DNA of 64,000 bases from Spirochaetia bacterium (GCA_965198005.1 CBDAOI010000003.1:544001-608000); one strand, 5' to 3'. Positions 1 to 11,173 are shown, counted from the stretch's first letter. The notes: generated by a model not told the origin, from the letters alone. A program made the numbers and translations.

Positions 1-1
1 G

Positions 2-433
2 CGCAAGCAGGAGCACGACGAGTACGTCACGAGCTATCAGGAACAGTACGACGCCCAGCACGCCTCCGTGGCACAGCTCAAGGACTCCCTGCGCCATCTG
101 CAGCAGAAGATCGAAGAGGCCAGCCGCAAGAAGAACCTGTTGATCGCCCGCGCCAAGCGGGCGGAAGCGCAGCAGCGGATTCAGTCCACCATCGGCGCGG
201 CGCGTGACACCTCGGCGTTCGAGGCGTTCGACCGGATGGCCGCCAAGGTGGAGCAGGTGGAGGCAACGGCGGAGGCCACCGAAGACCTGGCCAAGCTGGA
301 GGGGGGCGATGCCGACCTTGACAAGCAATTCAAGGAGCTCGAATCGGGCGGCTCCGATCAACGGCTCGAGGACTTGAAGGCCAAGATGCGGCAGATCGAG
401 GACCAGCGCCCCGAGGAAGGTTCCCGCTCGTAG
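2..433 (+). CDS. pspA: PspA/IM30 family protein (5' truncated by window edge)
   Basis: Coiled-coil ORF open from base 2; typical C-terminus AFEAFDRMAAKVEQVEA...DLDKQFKELE...RLEDLKAKM. Confidence 0.85.
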   Translation, partial: RKQEHDEYVTSYQEQYDAQHASVAQLKDSLRHLQQKIEEASRKKNLLIARAKRAEAQQRIQSTIGAARDTSAFEAFDRMAAKVEQVEATAEATEDLAKLEGGDADLDKQFKELESGGSDQRLEDLKAKMRQIEDQRPEEGSRS

Positions 434-480
434 CCGCTCGTAGCCCGGACGCACCCGAAGCACCCCACGCACCGATTCCC

Positions 481-1158
481 GTGGCCGCGCCACCCGCCCC
501 TGCCGCCGTCCAGTTCGTGGTCGGCGACGACCCGGTGGTGGAGGCGCGCGTCCGGCAGGCGGCCCGGCCGGCGGGGCGGGCGCGGCGCGGCAGCAGCGCC
601 TTCAGCCTGAGGCTCAGCGACCGTCTCGACCCGACCGGCAGCGCCGTGCTGTTCATCGTGCCGGCGGCGCTGGTGAACACCATCCTCGCCCCGGACGGCA
701 GGCTGGCCCTGCCGGTGATCGCCTACGGCGCCGAATCCGCCTTGCCGGCCGCGTTTCTGCGCGGCTGCGTCGACTATCTGCGCAACCCGTGGACGCTGAC
801 CGAGCTTGAGCTGCGGGTCAGCCGCTGGCTGGAGCAGCACCTGCCGGCGCGCCGCTCCGGCGGCGGGCTGTGGCTGGAGGGGACCACCCTGCACGGCCCG
901 ACGGCCGCGGTGGCGCTGTCGGTGGCCGAGGCGCGCCTGCTGGGGATGCTGCTGCAGAACGCCGGCCGGGTGACCAGCCGCGATGCCCTGTTCTACCGGC
1001 TGTGGGGCCGGCTGCCGGCGACACCCAGCCGCGTCGTGGACGTGCACGTGGCCGCCCTGCGCCGCAAGTGCCGCCGCGCCGCCGCCACCGCCGGCCTGAC
1101 CATCACCGCCGTGCGCGGCGAAGGCTACCTGCTGGCGACTGAACGTGAACGTGACTGA
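481..1158 (+). CDS. OmpR/PhoB-type winged-helix regulator with degenerate receiver domain
   Basis: C-terminal LSVAEARLLGMLLQNAGRVTSRDAL...SRVVDVHVAALRRK...ITAVRGEGY; N-terminus lacks clear receiver motifs. Confidence 0.75.
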   Translation: MAAPPAPAAVQFVVGDDPVVEARVRQAARPAGRARRGSSAFSLRLSDRLDPTGSAVLFIVPAALVNTILAPDGRLALPVIAYGAESALPAAFLRGCVDYLRNPWTLTELELRVSRWLEQHLPARRSGGGLWLEGTTLHGPTAAVALSVAEARLLGMLLQNAGRVTSRDALFYRLWGRLPATPSRVVDVHVAALRRKCRRAAATAGLTITAVRGEGYLLATERERD

Positions 1159-1170
1159 ACGGCGACTGAA

Positions 1171-3453
1171 CTAAACGAATACCGAGACCAGCAGGTTGTT
1201 GAGCGCCAGGAAGCTGGTCACGAACACGATGGAGACCATCGACATCAGCTTGAGCAGGATGTTGATCGACGGGCCGGAGGTGTCCTTGTAGGGATCGCCG
1301 ACGGTATCGCCGATCACTCCCGCCTTGTGCGCTTCCGAGCCCTTGCCGCCGTAGTTGCCCGCCTCGACGTACTTCTTGGCGTTGTCCCAAGCGCCGCCGG
1401 CGTTGGCCATCATGATCGCCAGCACGAAGCCGGTGGCCAGCGCCCCGGCCAGCAACGCGATCACCGTGAACGGTCCGAACACGATCCCCACCACGATCGG
1501 GGCCGCTACCGCCAGCAGCGACGGCACCACCATCTCCCGTTGCGCGCCCTTGGTGGAGATCGCCACGCAGGAGGCGTAGTCGGGCCGCACCTCGCCTTTG
1601 AGGATGCCGGGGTCGGCCTGGAACTGGCGCCGCACCTCCTTGACCATGTCGCCGGCGGCGCGGCCCACCGCCTTCATCGACAGCGAGGCGAACACGAACG
1701 GCAGCACGGCGCCGATGAACAGCCCCATCAGGATCTTGGGATCCATCAGGTCGATGCTCATCTCCGCGTGCACCGCGCCGGCCGCGTCGCGCGTGATGGT
1801 GATGATGTCGGCGTAGAACCGCTCGAACGCCTGCGACACCGCCACGGTGTCCAGCGCCTCGACGATCTTGTTGCGGTACTCGGCCAGCAACGCCAGGGCG
1901 GTGAGCGCCGCGGAGCCGATGGCGAACCCCTTGCCGGTGGCGGCGGTGGTGTTGCCGAGCGAGTCGAGGGCGTCGGTGCGCTCGCGCACCTGCGGGTCCA
2001 GCTTCGCCATCTCGGCAATGCCGCCGGCGTTGTCGGCCACCGGTCCGTAGGCGTCGGTGGCGAGCGTGATGCCGAGCGTGCTGAGCATCCCCACCGCCGC
2101 CAGCCCGATGCCGTACAGGCCGATGCCCGGGAACTGGGCGCCGCCGGAGAGGAAGAACGCCAGCAGCGTGGCCGCCACCACCGTGAGCACCGGGATCAGG
2201 GTGGACAGCATCCCCAGGGCGTGGCCCTGGATGATCAGGGTGGCGGGTCCGGTCTGCGCCTCGGCCGCCAGCGCCTTGGTCGGCGCGTAGTTGTCGGAGG
2301 TGTAGTACTCGGTGAAAAAGCCGATCACGTTGCCGGCCACCAGGCCGACGATCATCGCCCCCCACAGGCCGACGAAGCTCGGGCCGGCGGTGAGCAGCAC
2401 CAGCACCAGCGACAGCACCGCGATCAGCCCGGTGGAAAGCAGCGTGCCGTTGCGCAGCGCGCGCAGCAGCACCTGCTGCGACGGATCCCCCTTGGTGCGC
2501 ACCACCGCGGTGCCGAGGATCGAGCACAGCACGCCGATGGTGGCCACCGACACCGGCACCTGGATCATCTGCAGCGCGGACACCTCCGGCAGGTTGAGCG
2601 AGGCGATGGCGCCGAGCGCCATGGTGGCGATGATCGAGCCGACGAAGGACTCGTACAGGTCGGCGCCCATGCCGGCCACGTCGCCCACGTTGTCGCCCAC
2701 GTTGTCGGCGATGGTGGCCGGGTTGCGGGCGTCATCCTCCGGGATGTTGGCCTCCACCTTGCCCACCAGGTCGGCGCCCACGTCCGCCGCCTTGGTGAAG
2801 ATGCCGCCGCCGAGGCGCGCGAACAGCGCCTGCAGCGACGCCCCCATGCCGAAGGTGATCATGATCGGCGGAATCTCCACCACCGGGACGTCGAACGCGA
2901 AGCGCAGCAGGAACCACCAGATCGAGATGTCCAGCAGGCCGAGTCCGACCACGGTCATCCCCATCACCGTGCCCGACGAAAACGCTACCCGCAGCCCGGC
3001 GTTGAGCGACTCGCTGGCGCCCTGGGCGGTGCGGGAGTTGGCCCGCGTCGCAATCGACATACCGATGTATCCGGCGAGCGCAGAGAAAAACCCGCCGGTG
3101 ATGAAGGCGAAAGGCACGAACGGCGACAGCAGCTTCAGGCCGTAGGAGATGATCGCCAGCACCACGAACAGCAGCGCGAAGAACAGGCCCACGACCTTGT
3201 ACTGCTGCTTCAGGTAAGCGGTCGCCCCCTCCAGCACCGCGCGGCTGAGCTCCTGCATGGTGGCATTGCCCGGGTTCTTGCGCAGCACCGACAGCGCCAG
3301 GATCAGCGCGAACAGCAACGCCGCCACGGAGCCGATCCAGGTCACCCACATCAGATCGCGGCCGCCGGGTGCGGCTTCTGCCTGGGCCAGGGCCGGGAAC
3401 GCCGGTAGCAGGAGCAGGCCCACCGCTCCCGCGAGCGTGCACACTCGCTTCAT
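1171..3453 (-). CDS. hppA: Membrane-bound ion-translocating pyrophosphatase, K+-dependent type, probably Na+-pumping
   Basis: GGGIFTKAADVGADLVGKVE, DNVGDNVGD, GNTTAA, GDTVGDPYKD motifs; start taken at ATG 3453 (MKRVCTL). Confidence 0.95.
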   Translation of the reverse strand: MKRVCTLAGAVGLLLLPAFPALAQAEAAPGGRDLMWVTWIGSVAALLFALILALSVLRKNPGNATMQELSRAVLEGATAYLKQQYKVVGLFFALLFVVLAIISYGLKLLSPFVPFAFITGGFFSALAGYIGMSIATRANSRTAQGASESLNAGLRVAFSSGTVMGMTVVGLGLLDISIWWFLLRFAFDVPVVEIPPIMITFGMGASLQALFARLGGGIFTKAADVGADLVGKVEANIPEDDARNPATIADNVGDNVGDVAGMGADLYESFVGSIIATMALGAIASLNLPEVSALQMIQVPVSVATIGVLCSILGTAVVRTKGDPSQQVLLRALRNGTLLSTGLIAVLSLVLVLLTAGPSFVGLWGAMIVGLVAGNVIGFFTEYYTSDNYAPTKALAAEAQTGPATLIIQGHALGMLSTLIPVLTVVAATLLAFFLSGGAQFPGIGLYGIGLAAVGMLSTLGITLATDAYGPVADNAGGIAEMAKLDPQVRERTDALDSLGNTTAATGKGFAIGSAALTALALLAEYRNKIVEALDTVAVSQAFERFYADIITITRDAAGAVHAEMSIDLMDPKILMGLFIGAVLPFVFASLSMKAVGRAAGDMVKEVRRQFQADPGILKGEVRPDYASCVAISTKGAQREMVVPSLLAVAAPIVVGIVFGPFTVIALLAGALATGFVLAIMMANAGGAWDNAKKYVEAGNYGGKGSEAHKAGVIGDTVGDPYKDTSGPSINILLKLMSMVSIVFVTSFLALNNLLVSVFV

Positions 3454-3607
3454 TCGTGCCTCGCAGTGATTCGTCATCCCCCGGCTCCGGCACGCGCAAC
3501 GAGAGCGCTGTAGCGGGGAGCCTGGCAGCGGGGGCTGGGATTGGGCCTTAAGGTATTGCCGCCACGCAGTTAACGTCAAACCAATGAACGTGTAGGCTAT
3601 AGGTCCG

Positions 3608-5818
3608 ATGGCGGGATTGGCGACCAGCAGACCCCGGCGGCCGGTCACCGAGCAGTCCCTGCTCGACCGTGAGTTGAGCTGGGTGGAATTCAACCGCCGC
3701 GTGATCGACCAGGCGCGCGCCGCCGCCGAACCGCTGCTCGGGCGGCTCAGGTTCCTCACCATCGTCAGCTCCAACTTCGACGAGTTCTTCATGATCCGGG
3801 TGGCGGCGCTCAGACGCGAGCTGGTGCCGGGGTCGCAGCGGCATCGGCGGTTCACCCGGCTGGCGGCGGAGATCCACGATGCCGTAGGGCAGCAGTACCG
3901 GATCCTGCATGCCGATCTGCTGCCGGAGCTGGCGGCCGCCGGGGTGCGCATCCTGACCGCGGCCGAGCTGACCCCCGCGCAGCGGCGCGCCGCGGCCGAC
4001 GATTTCCAGTACCAGATCTTTCCGGCGCTCGCCGCGGTGCGCCTGGCCGCGGGCGCGCCCGACAGCATCGCCACGGCGGTGGCCAACCTGCGCCTCCATC
4101 TCGCCTTTCGGCTACAACCGGAGGCGCCGGACACGCTCGCGGCGGACGGCCTGCACGGCGCGCCTGGGCCGGATGAACCGCTGGTGGCGCTGGTAACGGT
4201 GCCGCTGGGCCTCGACCGGTTGCGGCCGCTGCCCGGCGCGGGGACGCCGGCGGGATTCCTGCTGCTGGAAGACACGATCGTGCTGCACGCCGCGCACCTG
4301 TTTCCCGGCTATCGGGTGGTGGAGCACGCCCTGTTCCGGGTCACGCGCGCCGCCGACCTGGAGGTGGACGAGGCGACCGACGAGGACTTCATCGAGGCGA
4401 TGGCCGACATCCTGGTGGAACGCCGCTCCAGCCGGGTGGTGCGCCTGGAGATCGACGACGCCGAGGGGCGCCTCGGACGGTTGCTCACGGGCGCGCTGGG
4501 GCTTACCGGGCACGACGTCTACTCCGGCGTGCCGGTCGACCTCACCGGCCTGCGCGGACTGCTCGACGCCGGGCCGCAGGAGCTGGACTACCCGCGCTGG
4601 GTGCCGGTGCCGGTGCCGGAGCTGGCCGACGGCACGCCTCCCTGGGAGGTGCTGCACCGGCGCGACGTGCTGTTGCACCATCCGTACGAGTCGTTCGACC
4701 ATGTCGTCGGTCTGCTGCAGGCGGCGGCCGGTGACCCGGCGGTCCTGGCGATCAAGATGACGCTGTACCGGACTTCGGGCGACTCGCCGTTGGTGCAGGC
4801 CCTGGAGCGTGCGGCCGGAAACGGCAAGCAGGTCACGGTGCTGGTCGAGTTGAAGGCGCGGTTCGACGAGCAGCAGAACATCGACTGGGCCACGCGGCTG
4901 GAGCGTGCCGGCGCGATCGTGGTGTACGGCATCGCCCGGCTCAAGGTGCACGCCAAGGCACTCCTGATCGTGCGGCGTGAGGCCGCCGGGGTGCGCACCT
5001 ACACCCACCTCGGCACCGGCAACTACAACGACACGACGGCCCGCCTCTACGGCGACGTCGGGCTGCTGACCGGACGCGAGGAGATCGGCCACGAGGCGAC
5101 CCTGTTCTTCAACGCGATCACCGGGTACTCCTCCACCTCCCGGCTCGAGCGTCTGGTGATGGCGCCGAATCTGCTCAAGCGGCGCCTCCTGTCCCTGATC
5201 GAGCGCGAGGCGGGACACGCCCACGGCACCGCGGACCGCGCCGGCGGCCGCGCCCGCGGATTGATCATGGCGAAGGTGAATTCGCTCACCGATCCCGAGC
5301 TGATCGCGGCGCTCTACGCCGCCGCCCAGGCCGGCGTGCGCATCCGGCTGAACGTGCGCGGCGTGTGCATGCTGCGCCCCGGCGTCCCCGGACTGAGCGA
5401 GGGCATCGAGGTGGTGAGCATCCTCGACCGCTTCCTGGAGCACAGCCGCATCACCTACTTCCACAACCGCGGGGCGTACGAGGTGTACCTGTCGAGCGCC
5501 GACTGGATGCCGCGCAACCTGCAGCGCCGGGTGGAGCTGATGTTTCCGGTGGAGCACCCGGACCTGCGCGAGCGCTTGGTGGAGGTCATGGAGCTGTATC
5601 TCAGTGACAACTGCCAGGCCTACGAGCTGTTGCCGGACGGCCGCTACCGGCGGCGCGCGCCGCTCCCCGGGCAGGCCGCAGTGCGGGCGCAGCAGGTGCT
5701 CCAGCAGGCGGCGCTGGCCGCGGAACAGGCGCGCACCGGCGCGGAAGCGCGGGAGTTCACCGTCCGCCGGCGCCCGCCGGGGGTTCGGACTCCGGCCGGC
5801 CGGCGGGCGCGGCAATGA
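3608..5818 (+). CDS. ppk1: Polyphosphate kinase 1
   Basis: DRELSWVEFNRRV, HHPYESF, VELKARFDE, LKVHAK, HLGTGNYN, DRFLEHSR, SSADWMPRNL. Confidence 0.97.
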   Translation: MAGLATSRPRRPVTEQSLLDRELSWVEFNRRVIDQARAAAEPLLGRLRFLTIVSSNFDEFFMIRVAALRRELVPGSQRHRRFTRLAAEIHDAVGQQYRILHADLLPELAAAGVRILTAAELTPAQRRAAADDFQYQIFPALAAVRLAAGAPDSIATAVANLRLHLAFRLQPEAPDTLAADGLHGAPGPDEPLVALVTVPLGLDRLRPLPGAGTPAGFLLLEDTIVLHAAHLFPGYRVVEHALFRVTRAADLEVDEATDEDFIEAMADILVERRSSRVVRLEIDDAEGRLGRLLTGALGLTGHDVYSGVPVDLTGLRGLLDAGPQELDYPRWVPVPVPELADGTPPWEVLHRRDVLLHHPYESFDHVVGLLQAAAGDPAVLAIKMTLYRTSGDSPLVQALERAAGNGKQVTVLVELKARFDEQQNIDWATRLERAGAIVVYGIARLKVHAKALLIVRREAAGVRTYTHLGTGNYNDTTARLYGDVGLLTGREEIGHEATLFFNAITGYSSTSRLERLVMAPNLLKRRLLSLIEREAGHAHGTADRAGGRARGLIMAKVNSLTDPELIAALYAAAQAGVRIRLNVRGVCMLRPGVPGLSEGIEVVSILDRFLEHSRITYFHNRGAYEVYLSSADWMPRNLQRRVELMFPVEHPDLRERLVEVMELYLSDNCQAYELLPDGRYRRRAPLPGQAAVRAQQVLQQAALAAEQARTGAEAREFTVRRRPPGVRTPAGRRARQ

Positions 5819-6096
5819 CCGGCCGGCGCGACCCCCGGACCCCCCACCCGCTGGTCAACCTGATCACGTGGGTGTGCGCGCTCGGGATTCTGGTGGCGGT
5901 GGCGGTCGCCGGCGGGGGCAGGCTGTGGCGCCTGGTCGGCACGCTGCTGACCGCGCCCACGCCGCTGGCTGGACGGGTCGCCGTCGCAGTTGGGCTCGGC
6001 GTGGTGGCCCTGGTGCTGGCGCTGTTCTTCGGCTGGCTGCTGGTGGTGCTGGTGCAGGCCGTGGTCGCTGCGCCTGACCGGCGCAAGAAACCGTAA
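5815..6096 (+). CDS. Small hypothetical membrane protein
   Basis: ATGA overlap with ppk1 stop; two hydrophobic segments. Confidence 0.6.
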   Translation: MTGRRDPRTPHPLVNLITWVCALGILVAVAVAGGGRLWRLVGTLLTAPTPLAGRVAVAVGLGVVALVLALFFGWLLVVLVQAVVAAPDRRKKP

Positions 6097-6110
6097 CCGT
6101 AACGGCGCGC

Positions 6111-6518
6111 TCAGCTCCCGAATCCGATACCGCGCTGGCGCGCCATGATGCGCTCCTCGCGCTCGGGCCACAGCGGTGCGTGGCTTTCGACGCAGTGGGC
6201 GACGTCGGTCAGCCGCAACCGGACCGCGGCCCACGCCAACCGGGGATGCAGCGCGCCCGGCTGCTGCAACGGCGCGGGATCCTCGAGGGACATGATCTGC
6301 TCCCGCAGCCCATCCAATTCCTCGTCGGACAGGCCGCGAAAGTCCCAGATCCGCACCACCGCGGCCCCGGACCGCGCGTCGTGGGCGGTTATCGAGTGCA
6401 GCGAATAGCGGCTGCCGTCGGTGAGCACGATTTCCACACAGAACGGCGGCACCACGTCGTCGATGCCCACCACCCAGTTGATCAGCGGGTCTTCGTCGAA
6501 GGCCGAGAGCGTTTCCAC
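6111..6518 (-). CDS. Hypothetical protein
   Basis: 135 aa ORF with globular composition ending RGIGFGS. Confidence 0.6.
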   Translation of the reverse strand: METLSAFDEDPLINWVVGIDDVVPPFCVEIVLTDGSRYSLHSITAHDARSGAAVVRIWDFRGLSDEELDGLREQIMSLEDPAPLQQPGALHPRLAWAAVRLRLTDVAHCVESHAPLWPEREERIMARQRGIGFGS

Positions 6519-7033
6519 TGGGGGCCATCATAGCGTGTAGGGGCGCACTGGCCCAATGCGGCCACCTCGGCGCCGGCATACGCGGCCACGACCCGGATCG
6601 GGACGCCCGGCGTCAGCTCACCGCCGCGCAGCACGCGGCAGGTCACGCCGCCGCGCCACCCGCCGGCCAGCGCCGCACGCAGCCCCGGGCACGCCTCCTC
6701 CATCCGCTCGCAGGGTGCGGTCTCGCCGGTCACCTCCAGCTCCACCTCCCCGATGCGCAGGATGCTGCCGCTGCTCGCGAACAGCGCGACCCCGGTTACC
6801 AGCAGGTTGGCGCGGCGCGTCGACCACGGCAGATCCGGCCGGCCGGCCATGGCTGCCGCGGCCTGCCAGTCCTCCAGACCGAGGACCGTGACCTGGCGCC
6901 TTCCGGGCCGCCCGCGAAAGTCGCCGGCGATCCCGGCCGCGGTCGAAACCGCGGCCCGCGCCAACTCCAGCAGCGCGCCGCGCGACCGGCGGCGAATCGC
7001 AATGGCCAGCAGCCGTGCCTGATTTTCACGCAT
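6482..7033 (-). CDS. MOSC domain protein
   Basis: RQVTVL, RRANLLVTG, LRIGEVELEVTGETAPCERM, RGGVTCRVLRGG; start ATG 7033. Confidence 0.88.
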   Translation of the reverse strand: MRENQARLLAIAIRRRSRGALLELARAAVSTAAGIAGDFRGRPGRRQVTVLGLEDWQAAAAMAGRPDLPWSTRRANLLVTGVALFASSGSILRIGEVELEVTGETAPCERMEEACPGLRAALAGGWRGGVTCRVLRGGELTPGVPIRVVAAYAGAEVAALGQCAPTRYDGPQWKRSRPSTKTR

Positions 7034-7124
7034 GCGCGCAGCATAGCACGGCGGGTGCGGGGCAGGGGGCAGGATGGACCGGACCTCCCCTCTGTGAGTA
7101 AGGTGAACCCGAGGAAGCCACCGA

Positions 7125-7556
7125 GTGCTGGTGCGGCAACTACCGTTAGGTGGGCGGGTGATCGGGGCCGCGGGGCTGGCCGGAGCGGGCGCGGCCACCG
7201 CCGGCGCCCAGACCACCGCCGATCCCGGTTCGGATCTGCTCGGCGAGACCTTGATTCCGGTCGCGTCGCAGTTGGCGCTGGGGGCGATCATCGGGTTCTG
7301 CGTCGGGTTCCTGGTCAAGAAGGTGGGCAAGGTGTTGGCGATCGTCGTCGGGCTGGCCTTCATTCTCCTGCAGGTGCTGGCCTACTTCGACGTGATCACC
7401 ATCAACTGGCGCCCGATCGCCGCCTGGTGGCAGTACGCGCGCCAGCCGGGGGAGCTGCAGCGCCATTGGAGCACCGTGACCGGCATCCTGTTCGCCAACG
7501 TTCCGGCGCTGGTGGGCGCGGTTCCCGGCCTCGTGCTGGGGTTGAAGAAAGGATGA
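7125..7556 (+). CDS. FUN14-family membrane protein
   Basis: QLALGAIIGFCVGFLVKKVGKVLAIVVGLAFILLQVLAYFDVITINW; ends GLKKG. Confidence 0.8.
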   Translation: MLVRQLPLGGRVIGAAGLAGAGAATAGAQTTADPGSDLLGETLIPVASQLALGAIIGFCVGFLVKKVGKVLAIVVGLAFILLQVLAYFDVITINWRPIAAWWQYARQPGELQRHWSTVTGILFANVPALVGAVPGLVLGLKKG

Positions 7557-7599
7557 GAGATGACACCGACAAACGAACCGAGAAGGAGCGAGCGCTGAC

Positions 7600-8637
7600 A
7601 TGCCACTAATACCAATGCGGGTCCTGCTCGACCACGCCGCGGAAAACGATTACGGCTTGGCGGCATTCAACGTGAACAACATGGAGCAGATCCAGGCGAT
7701 CATGACGGCTGCCGAACGCACCGAGTCGCCGGTGATCATCCAGGCCTCGCGCGGGGCGCGCAGCTACGCCCAGGACGCCTATCTGCGCCATCTGATGCTG
7801 GCCGCGGCGGAGCTCTATCCCCACCTCCCGATCGCGATTCATCAGGACCACGGCAACAGCCCGGACACCTGCCGCAGCGCCATCGGGCAGGGATTCACCT
7901 CCGTGATGATGGACGGCTCGCTGGCCGCGGACGCCAAGTCGCCCACCGACTACGCCTACAACGTGCGCGTGACCCGCGCCGTGGTGGAGCTGGCGCATCC
8001 GCGCGGGGTCACCGTGGAGGGCGAGCTCGGCTGCCTCGGGTCACTGGAGACCGGGACCGGCGACCAGGAGGATGGACACGGCGCCGACGGCTCGCTGTCT
8101 CGGGAGCAGTTGCTGACCGATCCGGACGAGGCGGAGCAGTTCGTGGCGGACACCGGAGTGGACGCGCTGGCGGTGGCGATCGGTACCAGCCACGGCGCCT
8201 ACAAGTTCTCGCGCCAGCCGGACGGCGAGGTGCTGGCCATGACCCGCATCGAGGAGATCCACCGGCGGCTGCCCAACACCCATCTGGTGATGCACGGCTC
8301 GTCGTCGGTGCCGCAGGAACTGCAGGATCTGGTCAACGCCCACGGCGGCGCGATCCGTCAGACCTGGGGGGTGCCGGTCGCGGAGATCCAGCGCGGCGTC
8401 CGCCACGGGGTGCGCAAGATCAACGTCGATACCGACAACCGCTTGGCGATGACCGGGGCGGTGCGCCAGGTGCTGCAGGAGGATCCGGCCGGGTTCGATC
8501 CGCGCGCCTACCTGAAGGCCGCGCGCGCGGCGATGCAGGAGGTGTGCGAGGCGCGCATGACCGCCTTCGGCCAGGCCGGCCAGGCCGCGCGCGTGCCGCC
8601 GGTCACCCTGGAGGCGATGGCGCAGCGCTACCGGTAG
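7600..8637 (+). CDS. fba: Fructose-bisphosphate aldolase class II
   Basis: [50 protein letters not shown]. Confidence 0.97.
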   Translation: MPLIPMRVLLDHAAENDYGLAAFNVNNMEQIQAIMTAAERTESPVIIQASRGARSYAQDAYLRHLMLAAAELYPHLPIAIHQDHGNSPDTCRSAIGQGFTSVMMDGSLAADAKSPTDYAYNVRVTRAVVELAHPRGVTVEGELGCLGSLETGTGDQEDGHGADGSLSREQLLTDPDEAEQFVADTGVDALAVAIGTSHGAYKFSRQPDGEVLAMTRIEEIHRRLPNTHLVMHGSSSVPQELQDLVNAHGGAIRQTWGVPVAEIQRGVRHGVRKINVDTDNRLAMTGAVRQVLQEDPAGFDPRAYLKAARAAMQEVCEARMTAFGQAGQAARVPPVTLEAMAQRYR

Positions 8638-9742
8638 CCCCCCGGTCGGCGTAGCGGCGGAGCTGGCCGCAGGCGGCGGCCACCTCCTGCCCCTTCTCCT
8701 TGCGCACCGTCACCGGCACGCCGCGCCGGCGCAGGGTCTGCACGAAGGCGCGCACGCGTGCCGCGGTGGGGCGGCGCAGGGTGTCCAGCTCGGGCACCGG
8801 GTTGTAGGGGATGAGGTTGACCTTGGCGCGCATGCTGGCTCCGGTGCCGCCGGCGAGCAGCGCCGCCAGCCGCTCGGCGTGGTCGGCGGCGTCGTTGATC
8901 CCGGCCAGCAGGACGTACTCGAAGGTGACGGTGCGGCCGGTGGCCTGCGCGTAGGCGTGGGCCGCGGCCACGATCGCCGCTACCGGCCAGCGGCCGGCGG
9001 TCGGGACCAGCCGCTTCCGGAGTGCGTCGTCCGGGGCGTGCAGACTCACCGCCAGCCCTACCGGCAGCCCGGCGGCGGCCAGCCGCTCGATGCCGCTCAC
9101 CAGCCCGACGGTGCTGACCGTCACCCGCCGCGGACTGAAACCGAACCCGCCGGCGGAGCAGAGCGACTCCAGCGCGCGGCTCAGGGCCGCGAAGTTGGCC
9201 AGCGGCTCGCCCATGCCCATGAACACCAGGTTCGACAGCGGACCGAAGGCGCGCTGCACCAGCGCCACCTGGTCCAGAATCTCGCCGCGGCCGAGGTTGC
9301 GCGCCAGCCCCTGCAGACCGGAGGCGCAGAAGATGCACCCCATGGCGCAGCCGACCTGGCTGCTCACGCACACCGTGTGGCGCGCCCGCCGCACTCGCCG
9401 CGCGCCGGCCGGCACCGGCTCCCGGATCGAGACGGTCTCCACCAGTTGGCCGTCGGCCGCCTCCAGCAGCAGCTTGGTGGTCAACCCGTCGGCCGAAGTG
9501 GTGCGGCTGCGCTCGCTGAGGCCGTAGGGCGCCAGGTCCCGTGCCAGCCGGGCGCGCAGCTCCGCCGGCAGGTCGCTCATGTGGGCGAACGCGGGCGTGT
9601 GGGTGCGGAACAGGTGGCGCCGGATCTGCCGCAGGCGGTAGGCGGGCGCGCCGGCCGCCTCCAGGTAGGCGGCCCAGTCGGCGCCGTCCAGGTCGCTGGC
9701 GGCGCGCGCGGGCGGCGGCACGGCCACTGTGGTCCCCCGCAC
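8603..9742 (-). CDS. rlmN: Dual-specificity rRNA/tRNA methyltransferase RlmN (radical SAM)
   Basis: [38 protein letters not shown]. Confidence 0.95.
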   Translation of the reverse strand: MRGTTVAVPPPARAASDLDGADWAAYLEAAGAPAYRLRQIRRHLFRTHTPAFAHMSDLPAELRARLARDLAPYGLSERSRTTSADGLTTKLLLEAADGQLVETVSIREPVPAGARRVRRARHTVCVSSQVGCAMGCIFCASGLQGLARNLGRGEILDQVALVQRAFGPLSNLVFMGMGEPLANFAALSRALESLCSAGGFGFSPRRVTVSTVGLVSGIERLAAAGLPVGLAVSLHAPDDALRKRLVPTAGRWPVAAIVAAAHAYAQATGRTVTFEYVLLAGINDAADHAERLAALLAGGTGASMRAKVNLIPYNPVPELDTLRRPTAARVRAFVQTLRRRGVPVTVRKEKGQEVAAACGQLRRYADRGATGSAAPSPPG

Positions 9743-9750
9743 CCGGCGCC

Positions 9751-11169
9751 TCAGCGGCCGGTCTTGGGGCGGTAGAGGTGGGTGCTCTGGCCGAAGAACA
9801 GGTCGGCGGCTTCCATGACCGTTTCGCTCAGGGTGGGATGGGGATGAATCGAGAGCCGCAGGTCGGTGGCCAGCGCCCCCATCTCCACCGCCAGCACCCC
9901 CTCCGCGATCAGCTCGCCGGCGCCGGCGCCGACCACGCCCATGCCCAGGATCCGCTCAGTGCCGGGTTCGACCAGCAGCTTGGTCATGCCGTCGGGGCGG
10001 GCCATGGTGGCGGCGCGGCCGGAGGCGGCCCAGGGGAAGCGCTGCACGCTCACCTCCAGTCCCTGGTCCCGGGCCGCCCCTTCCGTGAGCCCGCACCAGG
10101 CCACCTCAGGGTCGGTGAACACTACCGCCGGCAGCGCCTGGGGCTCGAACGCCACCCGCTCGCCCGCGGCCGCCTCCGCCGCGGTGCGTCCCTCGTGCGC
10201 GGCCTTGTGGGCGAGGCCCGGTTCGCCGGCTACGTCACCGATCGCGTACACTCCCGGCTGGCTGGTCTCACGCTGTTCGTTGACCGGAATGAAGCCGCGC
10301 CCGTCCGGGGTGACGCCGATCCGCTCCAGCCCGAGGTCGCCGCTGTTGGGGGTGCGCCCGACGCTCATCAGCACCTTGTCGAAGGTCTCGGTAACCTCCC
10401 CCTCCGGGGTGTTCAGGATCGCCTCGAGGCCGGCGCCGGTGTCCTCCAGCGCCGCCACCCGGGTGTCGACGTGCACCTTGGCGAAGCGCCGGGAGAGCTG
10501 CCGCGCCAGCAGGTTGGCGAGGTCGCGATCGGCGCCGGGGAGCAAGCCCGCCAGCATTTCGACCACGGTCACGCGCGTACCCAGAGCCGCGTACACCGAG
10601 CCCAGCTCGAGGCCGATGTAGCCGCCGCCGATCACCAGCAGCGAACCGGGGACGTCGGGCAGCTCGAGCGCGGTCGTGGAATCGAGCATGCGGTCGCTGT
10701 CGATCCACAGTGACCCGATGCGGGCCGGCCGCGATCCGGTGGCGACGATCGCCTGGTCGAACTCGAGGCTGCGGGAGGAGGCGGCGGCGCCGTCGACCTG
10801 CAACGTGCGCGCGGAGGTGAAGCGGGCGCGCCCCTGGACGTACTTGACCTTGCGCTGCGTGGTCAGGGTGCCGAGACCGGCGGTCAGCTTGGCGACCACG
10901 CCCTGCTTCCACGCCCGCAACCGGTCCAGGTCGACCTCGGGCGGCGCGAACCGCACCCCCCACTCCGCCGCCGCCGCCGCCTCGTGCACCAGCTTGGCGA
11001 CGTGCAGCAGCGCCTTGGACGGGATGCAGCCGCGGTACAGGCACACGCCGCCGGGGTTGGGGGCGTCGTCGATCATCGTTACCTGCAGACCCAGGTCGGC
11101 CGCCAGGAACGCCGCGGCGTAGCCGCCGGGACCGGCGCCCACCACTACCAGGTGCTTGGAATCTGCCAC
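9751..11169 (-). CDS. lpdA: Dihydrolipoamide dehydrogenase (E3)
   Basis: GAGPGGY, GGVCLYRGCIPSK, GGGYIGLE, HPHPTLSE. Confidence 0.97.
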   Translation of the reverse strand: MADSKHLVVVGAGPGGYAAAFLAADLGLQVTMIDDAPNPGGVCLYRGCIPSKALLHVAKLVHEAAAAAEWGVRFAPPEVDLDRLRAWKQGVVAKLTAGLGTLTTQRKVKYVQGRARFTSARTLQVDGAAASSRSLEFDQAIVATGSRPARIGSLWIDSDRMLDSTTALELPDVPGSLLVIGGGYIGLELGSVYAALGTRVTVVEMLAGLLPGADRDLANLLARQLSRRFAKVHVDTRVAALEDTGAGLEAILNTPEGEVTETFDKVLMSVGRTPNSGDLGLERIGVTPDGRGFIPVNEQRETSQPGVYAIGDVAGEPGLAHKAAHEGRTAAEAAAGERVAFEPQALPAVVFTDPEVAWCGLTEGAARDQGLEVSVQRFPWAASGRAATMARPDGMTKLLVEPGTERILGMGVVGAGAGELIAEGVLAVEMGALATDLRLSIHPHPTLSETVMEAADLFFGQSTHLYRPKTGR

Positions 11170-11173
11170 GCGG

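Noticed and set aside
1135-1170. Short GACTGAAC/GTGAAC repeats between convergent genes
   Set aside because: Too short and irregular to assign a function
3454-4275. N-terminal extension of hppA to 1034 aa
   Set aside because: Overlaps ppk1 on the opposite strand and has no PPase character; the real start is near 3453
7600-8637. Calvin cycle gene cluster
   Set aside because: The aldolase resembles the CbbA subtype, but no RuBisCO or phosphoribulokinase gene is present
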